Shown piece after piece: positions 42,907-60,625 of a stretch of 64,000 nt of DNA. The notes below the pieces were generated by a model. That model ran no database searches. It saw only the letters and a list, made by a program, of their open reading frames with translations, and was not told where the DNA came from. Every line of letters begins with the position of its first letter. Position 1 is the stretch's first letter. Location: NCBI RefSeq assembly GCF_009914755.1, contig NC_060937.1; one strand, written 5' to 3'. The translations under genes and the position numbers were made by a program. Origin of the DNA: the human T2T-CHM13v2.0 reference genome, Homo sapiens.

Positions 42907-45721
42907 TTAAGAATGCATTGCCATGGCTCATGTTTTAAAACTATGTTCATTAAGCAATAAACACTCTAATTTTTTAATGTTAAAACCTGTTGAACTCAGA
43001 TCTTACTATCTGTGCTTTCCTAGCTCTTCTTGTTCAAAATATCTTCTGTTCCATTTGCATTTTCAAGTTTTTAATATCAATTGGTTTACTGATTTTTTTA
43101 AAATGCCATTTCTGCTTTCTTTTCATCATTGCTGCTTTCACTCTGTCTTTCTTTTGTTTGTATATTGTAAGTATTATGAGGTAGGTATAATACAATCTTA
43201 GTTTGAAAGAAATATTATTAAGTGAAAAAGGATTGGGTTGACGTATCTCATAATAATCATTTGATGGCAACTACTTTATTTACAATTCAAAGTGAAAAAG
43301 AAAAATTTATGCCTTCTGTGAGGATATAGTTCTGGAGTTAGCTCTAAATACTTTTTTTTTTCCCAAGAAAAAGATGCTGAAATCACAGAGTATGGGTCTT
43401 TTTGATAATGATGGTGTTTGTAGCCACTTTTGTAATAGAAAAAATAGACTTTGCCAAAAAGCCCAAAGTGGATGAAATGAAGCCATTGGCCTGGAGGCTC
43501 AGCGGAATGCTGAAGCCAGGAGCTAGATGGCATCAGCTGGGAAAGGAGACCAGGACAGACATAGATCCCTTTTCCTCATTGTTTTCAGGGAAACAAACAA
43601 GCTAACATTGTTTATTTTTATTTTTTGTTTTGCCATTTAGAATGAAATTTAATTTTGACTGAACTTTTATCAGTTCCATTTATAAATAAACTTACAATAT
43701 TTTACTTTTAAAAACATATTTTATGTAGATTTATGGACATGTAGAGAACAGTTATGAAAACAGCCTATTTCAAAACAAAAACTTGAGCGAAAAAATACCC
43801 GAGTGTTCCTTTTATTAGAATAATTATGTAGCCTTTTTAGAATAGATCATAGTTTAGAAACGTATAATATGAAGTGTTATTACTTTGTCAAGTGATACCC
43901 ATTTAGGATGTTTTAAGTTGTAAATACCTTTGCCAAGTTTTTTAAGTAATGGTTTTGGATTGCACTGCTTTTTGGATTCATAATAACCATTTTGGGAGAA
44001 AATAGATTTGATGTTAAATATAGCCTTAAAGTATTGTTATTAATGAGTTACAATGTATATATCAAAATTTAAAAATTTAACACATTTCCTTGACTATAAT
44101 GTAAATGGCCGCTTCTAAAAGGAATGATACAAGGGACTATAACACTCCTTTTTTTAAAAAAAAATTGTTGTTATTGCTTGTTAGCATTCTTTTTGTATTG
44201 TTTTATGGATGTTGTAAACATTAGAGAATAGCTTTCTTTTCCTGTACACTTTGGAGAGTTTAATGGTTGTATGAGTTACACCTATTCAAGTGCCTTATAT
44301 TTTAAAGTAATACACCATTTATTATGACACAGTCTAAAAGTGAAGATTAGACTATCTCAATTCTTATTTAAAGTGAAATGCAGCTTATAAAACCTAGAGA
44401 TTCAAAACAGTGGTGGCTTTTATATTAATAGCTATGGAGGTTGTATAAAGCATCAATGAGGTAGTTTCTATAGGATAAGCAATATTAGCAGCAATCATTT
44501 TTGAGGTAAATTTAAGGAACTTGTGGCAATGTTATAAGATCTTTCCAAGAAAGTAAATGATAGAATCTTGAAAGTGAGGATATGATGTTTGGGTTTTTCT
44601 TTTCCAGTGTTTACTTTGTAAAGTACTGACCTAGAAACTTCCATCAGTTTTCTTTGAAGTCATCAAAAACCCTTTAAAAGAATAATTTGCTTGGCAACTT
44701 TATTGTGCAAATAATAATAAATAAAAGAATAACAGTTTACTCATATTCTAACCAAAGTATCTGAAATTGAGTATTTTAAAATCTTCTGTCCTTCAAAAAA
44801 ATTGAGTCAGTTTGCCTACTGGTATTTCATTTGAGGTCAAACACTGCACAGCCCACATCTCAGAATCTGTCAGAGATTTGCAACAACTGTAGCTGACAAC
44901 CATTATAAAAGCTAACACAGTTACTTTTGCTTCTACATAACTGCTTTCTAGGAGCAGGAGGCACCAAGAGTCAAGCATCTTCTAATCAGTAAATATATTT
45001 TAAAAGAAGGAAGGAAGGAAAACCCAGTGCCTTTCTCTACCCTTGTTTTTTTCTTTCTAATATTCTGTAGCAATTTCTAGGTTGAATACTCATTCACCTT
45101 TCATGTAAAGTGTCTGACCGTTCCACACATCTTACTTGGTTAGGATTATCTCAGACCTGCCAGGTAGTTAAAAACATACTTTCATTTCTCATGATTTAAA
45201 AATGTAATTATATTTGGATCTACTTTAGATCACTTTTTGTAACACTCCCAGAATTATTTTCTGTTACTGGTTTTGAAAAATTCTGTGCCATTTTTCCTTC
45301 TTGGCCTTCTGAAACTCCAATTACATTTCTATTAGACCTTTTCATTATGCTCCCGTAAGTCTCTTGTGTTCTTTTCTAGGAACATTTTTTAGCCATCTAT
45401 TTTGCCATGTTTCATTTAGTCTGAACATTTTCTGGGACCTTGGCCTTAAAGTCCTGTTTGCTTTGCTAGCTCTACAGTGCCTTCAAAAAATATTTTTAGT
45501 ATTTTCTATAATCTTTCTAGTTGTTCTCTGTCAAAGAATGGTCTTCTATAGGCTAGTCAGTCATGGCCAGAAGCAGAAACCTAAGAATTATTTTGTAAAG
45601 ATCAAATTTGATCACATCTCTTAGGCAAAACCTTTCAAGGCCTCACTGCCCACCCCATTATGCAGAATAAACACTCAGCTGCATCACATGACTCCCAAGG
45701 ATCATTATTATTATCATCATA

Positions 45722-45849
45722 TTTTTATTTTTTTAGAGAGAGTCTCACGCCTATGCCCAGTCTAGTCTCAAACTCCTGACCTCAAGCAATTCTCCTGCCG
45801 TGGCCTCCCAAAGTGCTGAGATTATAGGCATGAGCCACCATGCCCAGCC
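45722..45849 (-). mobile_element. Alu monomer (FLAM-like)
   Basis: Single arm, antisense. Confidence 0.75.
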
Positions 45850-46165
45850 TTCCAAGGCTCATTATTTACTACTGACCTTTCTTCCAGTCACCAGGTCTCT
45901 CTTCAGCTGTATCTAATCTGCTGTTAGAACATCTATGTTTTCTTAATTATATTTTTAATTCCAGAATTTCCATTTTATTCTTTTTTATAAATTCTAATTC
46001 TCAAATGAAATTATCTTCTTGTAATCTGTTTTCTTGAACATCTTAATCCACCCCTTTTGTGCCCTTCCCTGGTCTTACCCTTCAGGAACACTGATCTTTT
46101 CCCCGACCATAAGCTTGAGTACTGTCATATTACAGTGTAGTAACCTTCAGTTATTCCATTTCTAG

Positions 46166-46252
46166 GCTGTAGAGATCTTAAAAGTGTTGGAAAAAAAGGA
46201 CAATAGAGTGAAAAGTGCAGCTGCAACCAATCTCTCAGCCCTGTATTATATG
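46166..46252 (+). CDS. IFT88: IFT88 exon, 87 nt: AVEILKVLEKKDNRVKSAAATNLSALYYM
   Basis: atttctag|GCT ... ATG|gtaagt; phase 0-0. Confidence 0.96.
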
Positions 46253-47015
46253 GTAAGTTTTTTTACTACTAAGAGTTAATCATATGCTATTTTTATATTG
46301 CTAAATTTCTGCCCAAGGATCATGCCTAGGGAGAGGTCCAAAGAATATTGGTGGAGAATGGTAAGTGGACTGAGGAGTATAGAGGATCTGATCCTGACAA
46401 GTGCCAGGCCAGGGGCTGAGTTGGCAGACATGAGTGAGAACACCATCTCTGAAGGAGAAGGGAGGAAGAAAAATTGTAGTGATAAGCATCGCATCATAGA
46501 TTATGCAACATACAGCTGGAAGAGCTAGAGATGTATTTCAACTCCTTTGTGTTATTGGTAAAGAAAGTGACATCTTAGGTTAAAAGATTTATGTAAGGTT
46601 ACAGAGTATCAACTCTAACAAGCATTTATGGAGCATCTCACTGGATGCCAGTCATGGGAATACCAAAAGTCTAAAAGCTCCCTAAAGGGGAGCGTTCTTG
46701 TCTTTGGAACAAAGGAGGTAGACTAGGAAGGAAGGTTTAAAGTAGAGAACAATAAACGAATGCAGATAATAAGTGCTTCAGAAATTCAGAGGAGGCAAAT
46801 AACATTTTAATTTAGGACTTTCAGGAAAGATTTCATAGAGAGTTGGATCTTTCAGGTCAGAATATAGAAAGGGGCATTTGTAGGGAGAAGGGGACGAAAC
46901 AGAAGTACAGAGGCAAGGAACTGCTGGGAGGGAAGTGTGTATAAGAGTCATTTCTTTTCACCAGAAAATACAGAATTTCTGGTAGGCTTTTTCTGAATAT
47001 TGAAAATTGATTATA

Positions 47016-47308
47016 GGTAGGTGTGGTGCCTCAAGCCTATAATCCCAGCACTTTGGGAGGCTGAGGTGTGTGAATCACTTGAGCCCAGGAGTTTGAGACC
47101 AGCCTGGGCAACACAGTGCCTGTCTCTACAAAAAGTTCAAAAAATATAGCTGGGCATGATGGTGCATGCCTATAGTCCCAGCTACTCGGAAGGCTGAGGT
47201 GGGAGGATCACCTGAGCTGGGGAGGTCAAGGCTGTTGTGAGCCATTATCGTGCCATTGTACTCCTGTTTGGTGACAGATACCTTGTCTCCAAAAAAAAAA
47301 AAAAAAAA
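47016..47308 (+). mobile_element. AluJ
   Basis: Sense dimer. Confidence 0.88.
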
Positions 47309-48303
47309 TTGTAGATTTTCATTTGCCACTTTGAGAACCCATACGATTTTAAGGGCTGGAAGTTAGAAACAACTGATCTGTGTGATTTTTCAGTATCCTT
47401 TTCAATTCTGTCATTCTATGATTCTTAGAGGAAATGATCCGAGATTTAATTCTGTCCTGCATGTAGAAGAAGCCTATAAGAGCTTTCCTTAGGAATAACT
47501 GTTCATGCTGAGGTTGCAGGGCCAAGGAAGGGCCCAGATGAAGGCATGGAACCCAGACCTCACCATCTACCAGGGTGGTAAACTATTATAAGGCTACCAC
47601 AACTCCTTAACTCTGCCTTAGCCACTAACTCGAATTTCCAGCGTCTTGGGTTTTGCTTACGTTTTGCTCAGAATAATGGCGTGGGAATGGTCTTTAACAG
47701 ATTTCCAAGAACTGCCCTTATTGTAAGAATATTGCATTATCCAACCCCTTGTTTAAATTTACTGTCCTGACCCAACTGAAATATGAAGCCTTCCTGACTC
47801 TCCTTGGCAGATAGTCTCACCTTCCTTTGTGCTCCTAGAATATTTTGTTTGTACTTACAGCATTGTATTTTAATGGTTTATATGTGATTCTTCTTCATTA
47901 GACCATCAGCTTCAGCTTTGTATTGTGCACAGTGCCCTGTTGATGACAGGTGCTTATTAAACACTTCTTTACTAACAAATGAGAAAAAAAGTCATATTAT
48001 TTTGTTAAACCAAGTTTCTAGTCCCTCTTAGAGCTTCTGATCTGTGCACCATTGAGAAGCACTGCTGTGCTGAATTGCTGTTGCTAGTGGAAAGGTATCA
48101 TATCCCTCATATATGTAAAGATGAAGAAAGAGATCCAAACCCCTGGTTGAAGAATGACTCCAGTGCTTCAATCTACTGGTAGGAGAGTGGTACCAGTTAG
48201 TTGCATGTCTAGAGGAGGGTGCTGATTGGGGGAAAAGATGTTGTGTTTCTTTTTAAATATATTTAAACATTTTTTGTAATGATGGAAGCAAGTAGACAGA
48301 AGG

Positions 48304-48490
48304 TGTATTAGTCCGTTCTCACACTGCTATAAAGAAATAACCGAGACTGGGTAATTTATCAAGGAAAGAGGTTTAATTGACTCACATTTTTGTATGGCTA
48401 GGGAAACCTCAGGAAACTTATAATCATAGCAGAAGGTGAAGGAGAAGCAAGCACCTTCTTCACAAGGAGGCAGGAAAAGAGAGAGGGTGG
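48304..48490. mobile_element. MST/THE1 (MaLR) LTR fragment
   Basis: tgtattagtccgttctcacactgctataaagaaata..gagactgggtaatttat..ggtttaattgactcac. Confidence 0.8.
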
Positions 48491-49542
48491 GCCTTTGTAC
48501 CCCCACCCCAGCCAGCCATTGGATGTGGCCTGCCTCCCAAAAAAGGGTCACCTCTAGGAAGGGGGACAAGGTGCCTCTGTCTTCCACCCAGTTTCCAGAG
48601 AGGGCTGCCTGCTGAGGCTGGTGGCCAGTAGCACCTCCAGCACCTCTGACGGGCAAGTCCATGGCGTGAAGCATGGTGTCTATCATGGCCATTAAATTTT
48701 GAATTTAGAAAATCACTAATGAATTTTTTGACCCAATTCGTCACCAAATCTTTATACCAAGTTTGACGACTGTGCAGGAGGAGACCAATAGAAAATTTAA
48801 AGAAGCAAAGAGAATTGTTAGATTTAATCAACCAAGCAGAGCTATTAGAGCATCTCATCAGCAATTTCTTATACTTGGTTCTGAAGAAAATGGTTGTAAT
48901 CAAGAATGTTTTGAGGCCAAGTGATGAGTCTGCTATGTAGTTTTATATGATATGTAGTTGAAAATATATTGCTGGTATCCGGCATATAGTTGTATCTGTT
49001 TTCTCTTGCTGTGTAATGAACTGCCCCAAACCGTAGTGGCTTGAAATCACCAGGTATATGCTTACATTCTACCCAGTGAGCTGGGTTCACCTGGATGCTT
49101 CTTTTACTGGGCTTGCCTGGCCTTACTCATGCAGCTGACATCCTCTGAGGCATGACTGAGACTGGATGTTCCAAATTCCTACCTCATGCCTGTCACTTAT
49201 CTGAACTGTTGTCCAGGGCAACTCAGTCTTCCCTCAGAGCATCCCCAGCAGGGGATCCCAGCCTTCTCAGGTGGGACTGGGTTCCATGAGAGCAAACCCC
49301 AGTACACAGGTGAGTATTAGGTTCTTGTGCGCATTGAGTTTGTTATTATTTTATTGAACAAAACAAACATGAGAGAGAATCATACCTGAATGAGTCGTAC
49401 GTGAATCCTGGGAGGTGTGATCCACTGGAGTCATTATTGTAATAATCTACCACTGCCTGCACTGAGACCCCAGTTATTCATATCCCTCCCAAGACTCTGA
49501 GTCTCATTCCACCACAGCATCAGGCTCAAAGGCCAGGATCTA

Positions 49543-49900
<358 letters not shown>

Positions 49901-49949
49901 AGAAATGGAGCTTTCTCAGGAACAATTTCTTCTTGATCCAAAGATTTCT

Positions 49950-50445
49950 TTATTTTTTTTTTTTATACTTTAAGTTTTAGGGTACATGTGTACAACGTGC
50001 AGGTTTGTTACATATGTATACATGTGCCATGTTGGTGTGCTGCACCTGTTAACTCTTCATTTAACATTAGGTATATGTCCTAATGCTATCCCTCCCCCCT
50101 CCCCCCACCCCACAACAGGCCCCGGTGTGTGATGTTCGCCTTCCTGTGTCCATGTGTTCTCATTGTTCAATTCCCACCTATGAGTGAGAACATGCAGTGT
50201 TTGGTTTTTTGTCCTGGCAATAGTTTGCTGAGAATGATGGTTTCCAGCTTCATCCATGTCCCTACAAAGGACATGAATTCATCATTTTTTATGGCTGCAT
50301 AGTATTCCATGGTGTGTATGTGCCACATTTTCTTAATCCATTCTATCATTGTTGGACATTTGTTCCAAAGGATTATAAAACATGCTGCAAAAGACACATG
50401 CACACATATGTTTATTGTGGCACTATTCACAATAGCAAGGACTTG
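49950..50445 (-). mobile_element. Truncated L1PA with 5' inversion (twin priming)
   Basis: L1PA 3'UTR antisense to about 50362, then about 80 nt in the opposite orientation; TSD gatccaaa(g/a)atttct. Confidence 0.88.
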
Positions 50446-50768
50446 GATCCAAAAATTTCTGAATGAAAAGACATGGCACCTGTCCCATCATACATGCAAC
50501 ATACCATGGAGATATAAAGACAAGATAACTGTAAGACACTCATCCCCAAGGGGAGGGATGGAGGCACATCACAGTCACTATCCTTAATGATTCTGAAACC
50601 TAGCAAAGCAGGTGTGGCCAGTGCTCCCTAGTCTGAGAAAAACGAATATTCCTTGATTAGGGCCCAGCTCTGCTCCCTCGGAGTGGCCCCCTAATTCTTT
50701 GTCCTCTGTGGCTCTTGGCTCGGCCTTCTGAGAGCATCTTCCTTTTGTATAAGAAATAGCCTATGTTT

Positions 50769-51066
50769 CAGGAACAGAAAACCAAACACCGCATGTTCTC
50801 ATTCATAAGTGAGAGTTGAACAATGAGAACACATGGACACAGGGAGGAGAGCATCATACACCGGGGCCTGTCGGGGAGTGGAAGGCAAGGGAAGGGGGAG
50901 CATTAGGACCAATACCTAATGCATACAGGGCTTAAAACCTAGATGACAGGTTGATAGGTCCAGCAAACCACCATGGGACGTGTATACCTATGTAACAAAC
51001 CTGCACATTCTGCACATGTATCCCATGTTTGTTTTTAACCTAAAGTAAAAAATAAAAAAAAAAGGA
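50769..51066 (+). mobile_element. L1PA 3' end fragment
   Basis: gaacagaaaaccaaacaccgcatgttctc...A tail; TSD aagaaatagcct(a/g)tgttt. Confidence 0.88.
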
Positions 51067-51964
51067 AAGAAATAGCCTGTGTTTGCAGCTGATTAACTTT
51101 CTCAGCCTGTGTTCTGCCCTGAGACATTTGGGGCATAGAGGGCTTTTTTCATTTTGGACTATATCTGTCCCTTTAATCCAAACTAGCAACAGTCAGCACA
51201 ACTCCCCTAAAAACTTGGAGGGTTTTCTCTAAATCTTGTTGGGCTTTCCCACATGTCTCAACAGCTGCATCCATAATTCTTTTCAGGACAGACCCCTTCC
51301 CACTAGGTGTGTAGGCTGCTATGGAACAGAGCCTTGAAGTGTCTTAGAAGCCCACTTCGCTACCTGGGAGAGAAGGTCTGCTAGGTATGACCTTAAATCT
51401 TTGTGAGATGTTTACAAAAGGTGTTACAGCCACACCTTTGAATTGTTCCCTAACCTGCCACCATCTGAGAATCTTGTGCCACCACAAGAAACTGGAGACA
51501 TGAAGTAATTTTATTTTCTACCTTAGCAAGTCCTGGTTCTTCTATATTTTCTCTAAATTCTACCTGCAAACTAAACAGTTCTCTCCTTAGCTCATTTTTC
51601 TCTTCCTATACCTGATCAATCATACCCAGTTAAAATAAGTTCATTGGCCCTTCAGCATCCTACCTAGAAATCCCCTTGGCCACATGTTGCATATTTATGA
51701 GGTGCACTTCCTATCCTCCATCCCACTCTGTGGGTGCCACTTGTGTCAGTGCTTCATGGTGACAGTGTGGTTTGCACTTTATCCAGCCTCTGATGATTCC
51801 TTCTGCCTTTGCAGGCTCACTCATGCTTCACCATCTCTCCAGTCCCCAACACAGGCCCTCACAGCTTTTCTCAGTTTTGCCTGCTACGTAGTCCAAAAGA
51901 CAATGTTACATGTTTTAGTTTTTAAACAGCAGCACCTCACTTGTCGGTACCAATTTTTGTTTCA

Positions 51965-52460
51965 GAGTTCACATAAAAACTTGCACATGAATGTTCATGG
52001 CAGCATTATTCATAGTAACCATAAAGGTGCCTGGAAGCAACCCAAGTGTCCATCAACAATGAATGGATAAATGAAATGTGGTCTACCCATACAGCGGGAC
52101 ATTATTCAGCCTTTAAAAGGATTGCAGCACAGATGCATGCTAAAACATGGACGAACCTTAAAAATATTATGCTAAGTGAAAGAAGTCAGACACAAAAGAC
52201 TGCATATTTTATGATTCTATTTATATTCAGTGTCCAGAATAGGCAAGGAGACAGAAAACAGATTAGTGGTTGCCAGGGGCTGGGGGAAGAGGAGGATGGG
52301 AAGTGACTATTGATGGGTACAGGGTTTCTTTTGAGGGTGGAAGTAGATATTGGCAATGGTTGCACAACTTTGTGAACCTACTAAATGCCACAGAATTCTA
52401 CATTTTAAAGGGGTCAGGTTTATTATATATAAGTTATATCTAAACTTTTTAAAAAGTTTA
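51965..52460 (+). mobile_element. L1M 3' fragment
   Basis: aatgttcatggcagcattattcatag...atgctaagtgaaagaagtcagacacaaaag. Confidence 0.75.
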
Positions 52461-53481
52461 ACGAGGGACGGTCACTGTGAGTGTTATGGGAAAAGGGGCA
52501 TGGGAATTTAATGTTATACAGTTGTGAAGGAGCCATGGCGGTGAAGGTGCAGAAGGGGAGCTGGAGATCTGAGGAGGAGTAACCATCAGTCAGTGAGTGG
52601 CCACACATATCTAGCTGCCACAGTAGAACCCAGAGGGCCTTCATGGGGAGTTCTGTGGGAAGCAGATGCCTCTGTGCAGCTGCCTCCTCTGGGGACCACA
52701 GCCAAACCCTATCTTGGAGCAGGGACAGCATAGTCAGGAAGAAGAGCTGCCCTTGGAGTGGAGTAAGTGAGGAGAAGCTGGTACCCATGGACACTTCTGT
52801 GTCAGACCTGCATCTGATGACAAGAAAAAGGCTTTCTGAGACTAAAGGCCACTGCTTCAGGTCTGCATTCCAGATGTCACACAAGTTCCTCTTTTGGCCA
52901 AGTCTAGACAAGAGGCTAATAGTGAAGGAGCTTCTTGGAAATGTAGTTCCTGGCTTAACCAAGCTGACCTGGCACAGATGGTCACAATATTTAAGAACAG
53001 AGAGGTTCCTGTAGCTCACGTGAATGATGGCAAGGCCCTGACCGAGCATTTGGCATGGAGACGGAAAAAAACAATGGATTGCTAGAAGTGCAGAGACCTA
53101 GTAGGTGACGCAGCCAGTGTGCTAGGGGCAAGAAGGGTAGTGCTTTTGTGACAGCTATTTCAGGGCTTCAAGTGGGAGGGGGAGTGCTGCAGCAAATGAT
53201 GACATGCAATTTGGGCGTTGAGTATGGAACCACCTACATATAAATAGTGTTGTTATTCTAACCATGAGACTGTGGAGAAGTCAATCACAAGAAACTTGGG
53301 TGGTTCAGCCTGATAAGTAAAACTCTATGTAGAATCAGACTATCAAGACCAAGATATGTAAAATATTTTTGTTCATTACATTTATAATCTCAGAAAGTCT
53401 ATTTATTATGTCTGTAATCTCAGAACAGTCAGAAAAGGTATTTCATGAAATTCAAATAATTTGTATATGTATTTTACTTAG

Positions 53482-53668
53482 GGAAAGGATTTTGCACAAG
53501 CCAGCAGCTATGCAGATATAGCTGTGAACTCTGATAGATATAATCCAGCAGCTCTTACTAATAAAGGGAATACAGTTTTTGCAAATGGTGATTATGAGAA
53601 GGCCGCTGAATTCTATAAAGAGGCTCTAAGAAATGATTCTTCTTGTACTGAAGCACTTTATAATATTG
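53482..53668 (+). CDS. IFT88: IFT88 exon, 187 nt: GKDFAQASSYADIAVNSDRYNPAALTNKGN...TEALYNI-G (TPRs)
   Basis: ttacttag|GGA ... ATTG|gtaagt; phase 0-1. Confidence 0.97.
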
Positions 53669-54928
53669 GTAAGTGAAACAAGGGGAAATTGCTTTTTAAA
53701 TTATTTATTTGCTTTGTATTTGTTTTTGTTTTGTTTTGCTTAAAGAGCTCTAACACATTAGGAGGAGGAGTTGACTTCCTTCTAACGGAAAATTGAAGAC
53801 TACTGCCTCTCAGATTATAGATTATTTTAAATGGAATTAATGATTCAGAAGCTATGCACATGCAAAATTTGGATCAGGCTTGCCATACTGCCCTCCAAAA
53901 AGGCTTTTCCATCACAGTGTATAATACTAATTTCCCAAATTTCTGCTAATACTGGATATTATCATTCTTTTTAACTTTTGCCAAGTTCATAGATGGGAAA
54001 AAATCCCATTTGCTTTCTTTTTAATTATGAACAATTTCAAACATGCACAAAAGTACACACAAGAAATAAGTACCCATGTACCTATCACCCCAGTTTGACA
54101 CATTTTCACATTTTGCCATCTTTACTTCAGATTTTGTTTTTAATAAGCCAAATACTACAAGCCATGAAGTCTCACCACCATCACATTCTCTTCCCTGCCT
54201 TTCAGCGGTTGCCTGAAATGGGCATCATCACCCCTGGGCATGAATTTTCAGTATTGCAAACACATGTCCATGCAGTACTGGGTCTTGTCTCTTGGATTAT
54301 TAATAACTTTTCTTCTGAAGTTTTCTTCTCCCTGCCTAGGTATTTTTTGCTTTCTTTGGTTTGCTTATTTTATTCTCTTTTCCATGTTATGGACTTTACT
54401 TAGATGTCTAATGATTTTGGGCTGTCTCCTGGTATTCAGGAGTTTGTGGCTAAAAACTGAGTGGAGTCTCTAAGTCCATGAGAGAGATTGATGGGTTGGC
54501 ACTCTGCTATAGGGCATCTGTCTGGTCTGGTCTGTTTAGTTGGAGACCTGTCCATAAGTCAATTGGATCTTTCCTCCCAGAAAAGACTCTTTAATCTCCT
54601 GCCTGAAGGAGGAGGGAAGGCCTACTGCCAACCTTGAAGAATAGGGGAGGCAAGAAGGAATTAGCCATTTTAGGTGGAGTCTGGGAGAGCCTCATTGAGA
54701 ATGTATGTTTCAAGTCATAGAAGGAAGGGAGGCTATGACCACTTGGGTATCTGGGAAGAGAGCATTGAAGAGAGGCACAAAGGTCTTCATGCAGGAGCTT
54801 GCTTCCTAGATATATCCTTATTTATTTGTTTTGTAACTATTAAATATTTCTCCTTTCCCAATTGCTTCTATTTTAACTTTGTTTCTAATTTCTTTTATCA
54901 GAGAATTGTTTTATTATTGATATAGTAA

Positions 54929-55253
<325 letters not shown>

Positions 55254-55441
55254 TAAATAATTGTGGTTATTGCTTTATTCATTTGTTTATTGCTTTATGA
55301 AGCCCTTCTTAACTCAAGATTATAAATCATTTTTCTGTATTTTCTTTTCATACTCTTCTTATAGCTTTGTTTTTTCTGTTGAGTTTCAAAATTTTGAGTT
55401 CATTTTTTATGAAATAAGAATCTACATTTAAAAAAATTAAT

Positions 55442-55825
<384 letters not shown>

Positions 55826-55980
55826 TTAACTAAACTCTATAGTTGAGTGCATTTCTGAACTGTTTATTCTGTTCTATTGGTCTGTTTGTCTATTCCTGCC
55901 CCCTACCACACTTTTAAAATCACTGAAGCTTTGTAGCATCTTCTGGTGTCTGCCAGTGGAGAATCCCCACCCTAACATTA

Positions 55981-56298
<318 letters not shown>

Positions 56299-56428
56299 CC
56301 TGAGTTCATCTTCATTTTCTCTTCTGGATAAATATTTTCATATATTTTGAGATTTATTCTGTTATGTTAAATAAATTAATACCAATAATGATACTTATAG
56401 ATTTTCTTTTTTTTCTTCTTTTTTTAAG

Positions 56429-56537
56429 GCCTTACCTATGAGAAACTAAATCGGCTAGATGAGGCTTTGGACTGTTTCCTGAAACTTCACGCAATCCTAC
56501 GAAACAGTGCCGAAGTTCTTTACCAGATAGCAAATAT
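56429..56537 (+). CDS. IFT88: IFT88 exon, 109 nt: GLTYEKLNRLDEALDCFLKLHAILRNSAEVLYQIANI
   Basis: tttttaag|GC ... AATAT|gtatctta; phase 1-2. Confidence 0.95.
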
Positions 56538-58593
<2,056 letters not shown>

Positions 58594-58744
58594 ATATGAA
58601 TTAATGGAAAATCCCAGTCAAGCTATTGAATGGCTAATGCAGGTGGTCAGTGTTATTCCAACCGATCCTCAAGTTTTATCTAAGCTAGGAGAATTATATG
58701 ATCGTGAAGGAGATAAATCTCAAGCATTTCAATATTACTATGAG
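58594..58744 (+). CDS. IFT88: IFT88 exon, 151 nt: YELMENPSQAIEWLMQVVSVIPTDPQVLSKLGELYDREGDKSQAFQYYYE
   Basis: gcataag|A ... GAG|gtaggt; phase 2-0. Confidence 0.96.
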
Positions 58745-58847
58745 GTAGGTGTGTTATCTTAATTTCCTTCTGTGTTTTAGCATTTTATGAATTGTTATAA
58801 AGAAGGCAGCAAGGCTTTAAAATTTTAGAAGATCTTACCAGTTTTAA

Positions 58848-59204
<357 letters not shown>

Positions 59205-59223
59205 TAATGAAAAAATGAAATAG

Positions 59224-59670
59224 GGCTGGGCATGGTGGCTCACGTCTATAATCCCAGCACTTTGGGAGACCAGAGTGAGAGGATTGCTTAAGACCAAGAG
59301 ATGAAGAACAGCCTAGGCAACATAACAAGACCCCATCTCTACAAATAATAATAAAAGGACAGTCCTGGTGGCCCATACCTTTAATCCCAGCACTTTGGGA
59401 GGCCAAGGAAGGCAGATTACTTGAGGCCAGGAGTATGTGACCAGCCTGGCCAACATGAGGAAACCCCCTCTCTACTAAAAACACAAAAATTAGCCAAATG
59501 TGGTTGTGGCATGCCTGTAATCCTAGCTACTTAGGAGACTAAGGCACGAGAATTGCCTGAACCTGGGAGGCAGAGGTTGTAGTGAGCCAAGATCGCATTT
59601 ACTACACTCCAGGCTGGGTGACAGAGCGAGACTGTCTTAAAATAATAATAATTAATAATATTAATAATAA
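59224..59670 (+). mobile_element. Alu monomer followed by a full AluS
   Basis: Left arm 59224-59355, dimer about 59360-59670. Confidence 0.88.
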
Positions 59671-59981
59671 AAAGAAGTACCAGTTCATTTTTCTCTTGAG
59701 GCACGATTTGCATCTCTTTTTTATTCTTTTAAATATTTAAATTGGACTCAGCTCATATATTGTTATATCAAAAGTATAGATAATTGAAAAGTGTGTCAAG
59801 CAAAGCTTAGGTTTTCTAAATATTATATAGTTTCAGAATTTACAAAGTACTTAGGACAGTTCATACTCCTTTATTAAGAAATTCCATATTGGATAAATTT
59901 ATTCAATAGGTAAAGTATTCAAGAAGTAAATTATATGTTGCCATTGAAGTTGTATTGTTACATTCCATATTTGTTTTACAG

Positions 59982-60097
59982 TCATATAGGTATTTTCCTT
60001 GTAATATTGAAGTCATTGAGTGGCTTGGAGCCTATTACATTGACACCCAATTTTGGGAAAAAGCTATTCAGTACTTTGAAAGAGCTTCTCTTATACA
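59982..60097 (+). CDS. IFT88: IFT88 exon, 116 nt: SYRYFPCNIEVIEWLGAYYIDTQFWEKAIQYFERASLIQ
   Basis: ttttacag|TCA ... ATACA|gtaagt; phase 0-2. Confidence 0.96.
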
Positions 60098-60221
60098 GTA
60101 AGTAATCATTAGGATTTTATGTTTAGTTAATGTCATGTCTTGAGTTTTTTTAATCCCTAGAATTAGTATCTGATAGACCTAGTAAATTCAAGAACAGATG
60201 TTGATGGACATTCATAAATTA

Positions 60222-60625
<404 letters not shown>

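Noticed and set aside
52423-53049. 208-aa minus-strand ORF and overlapping 123-aa plus-strand ORF
   Set aside because: No recognisable domain; lies over LTR-like/L1 relic sequence; likely chance
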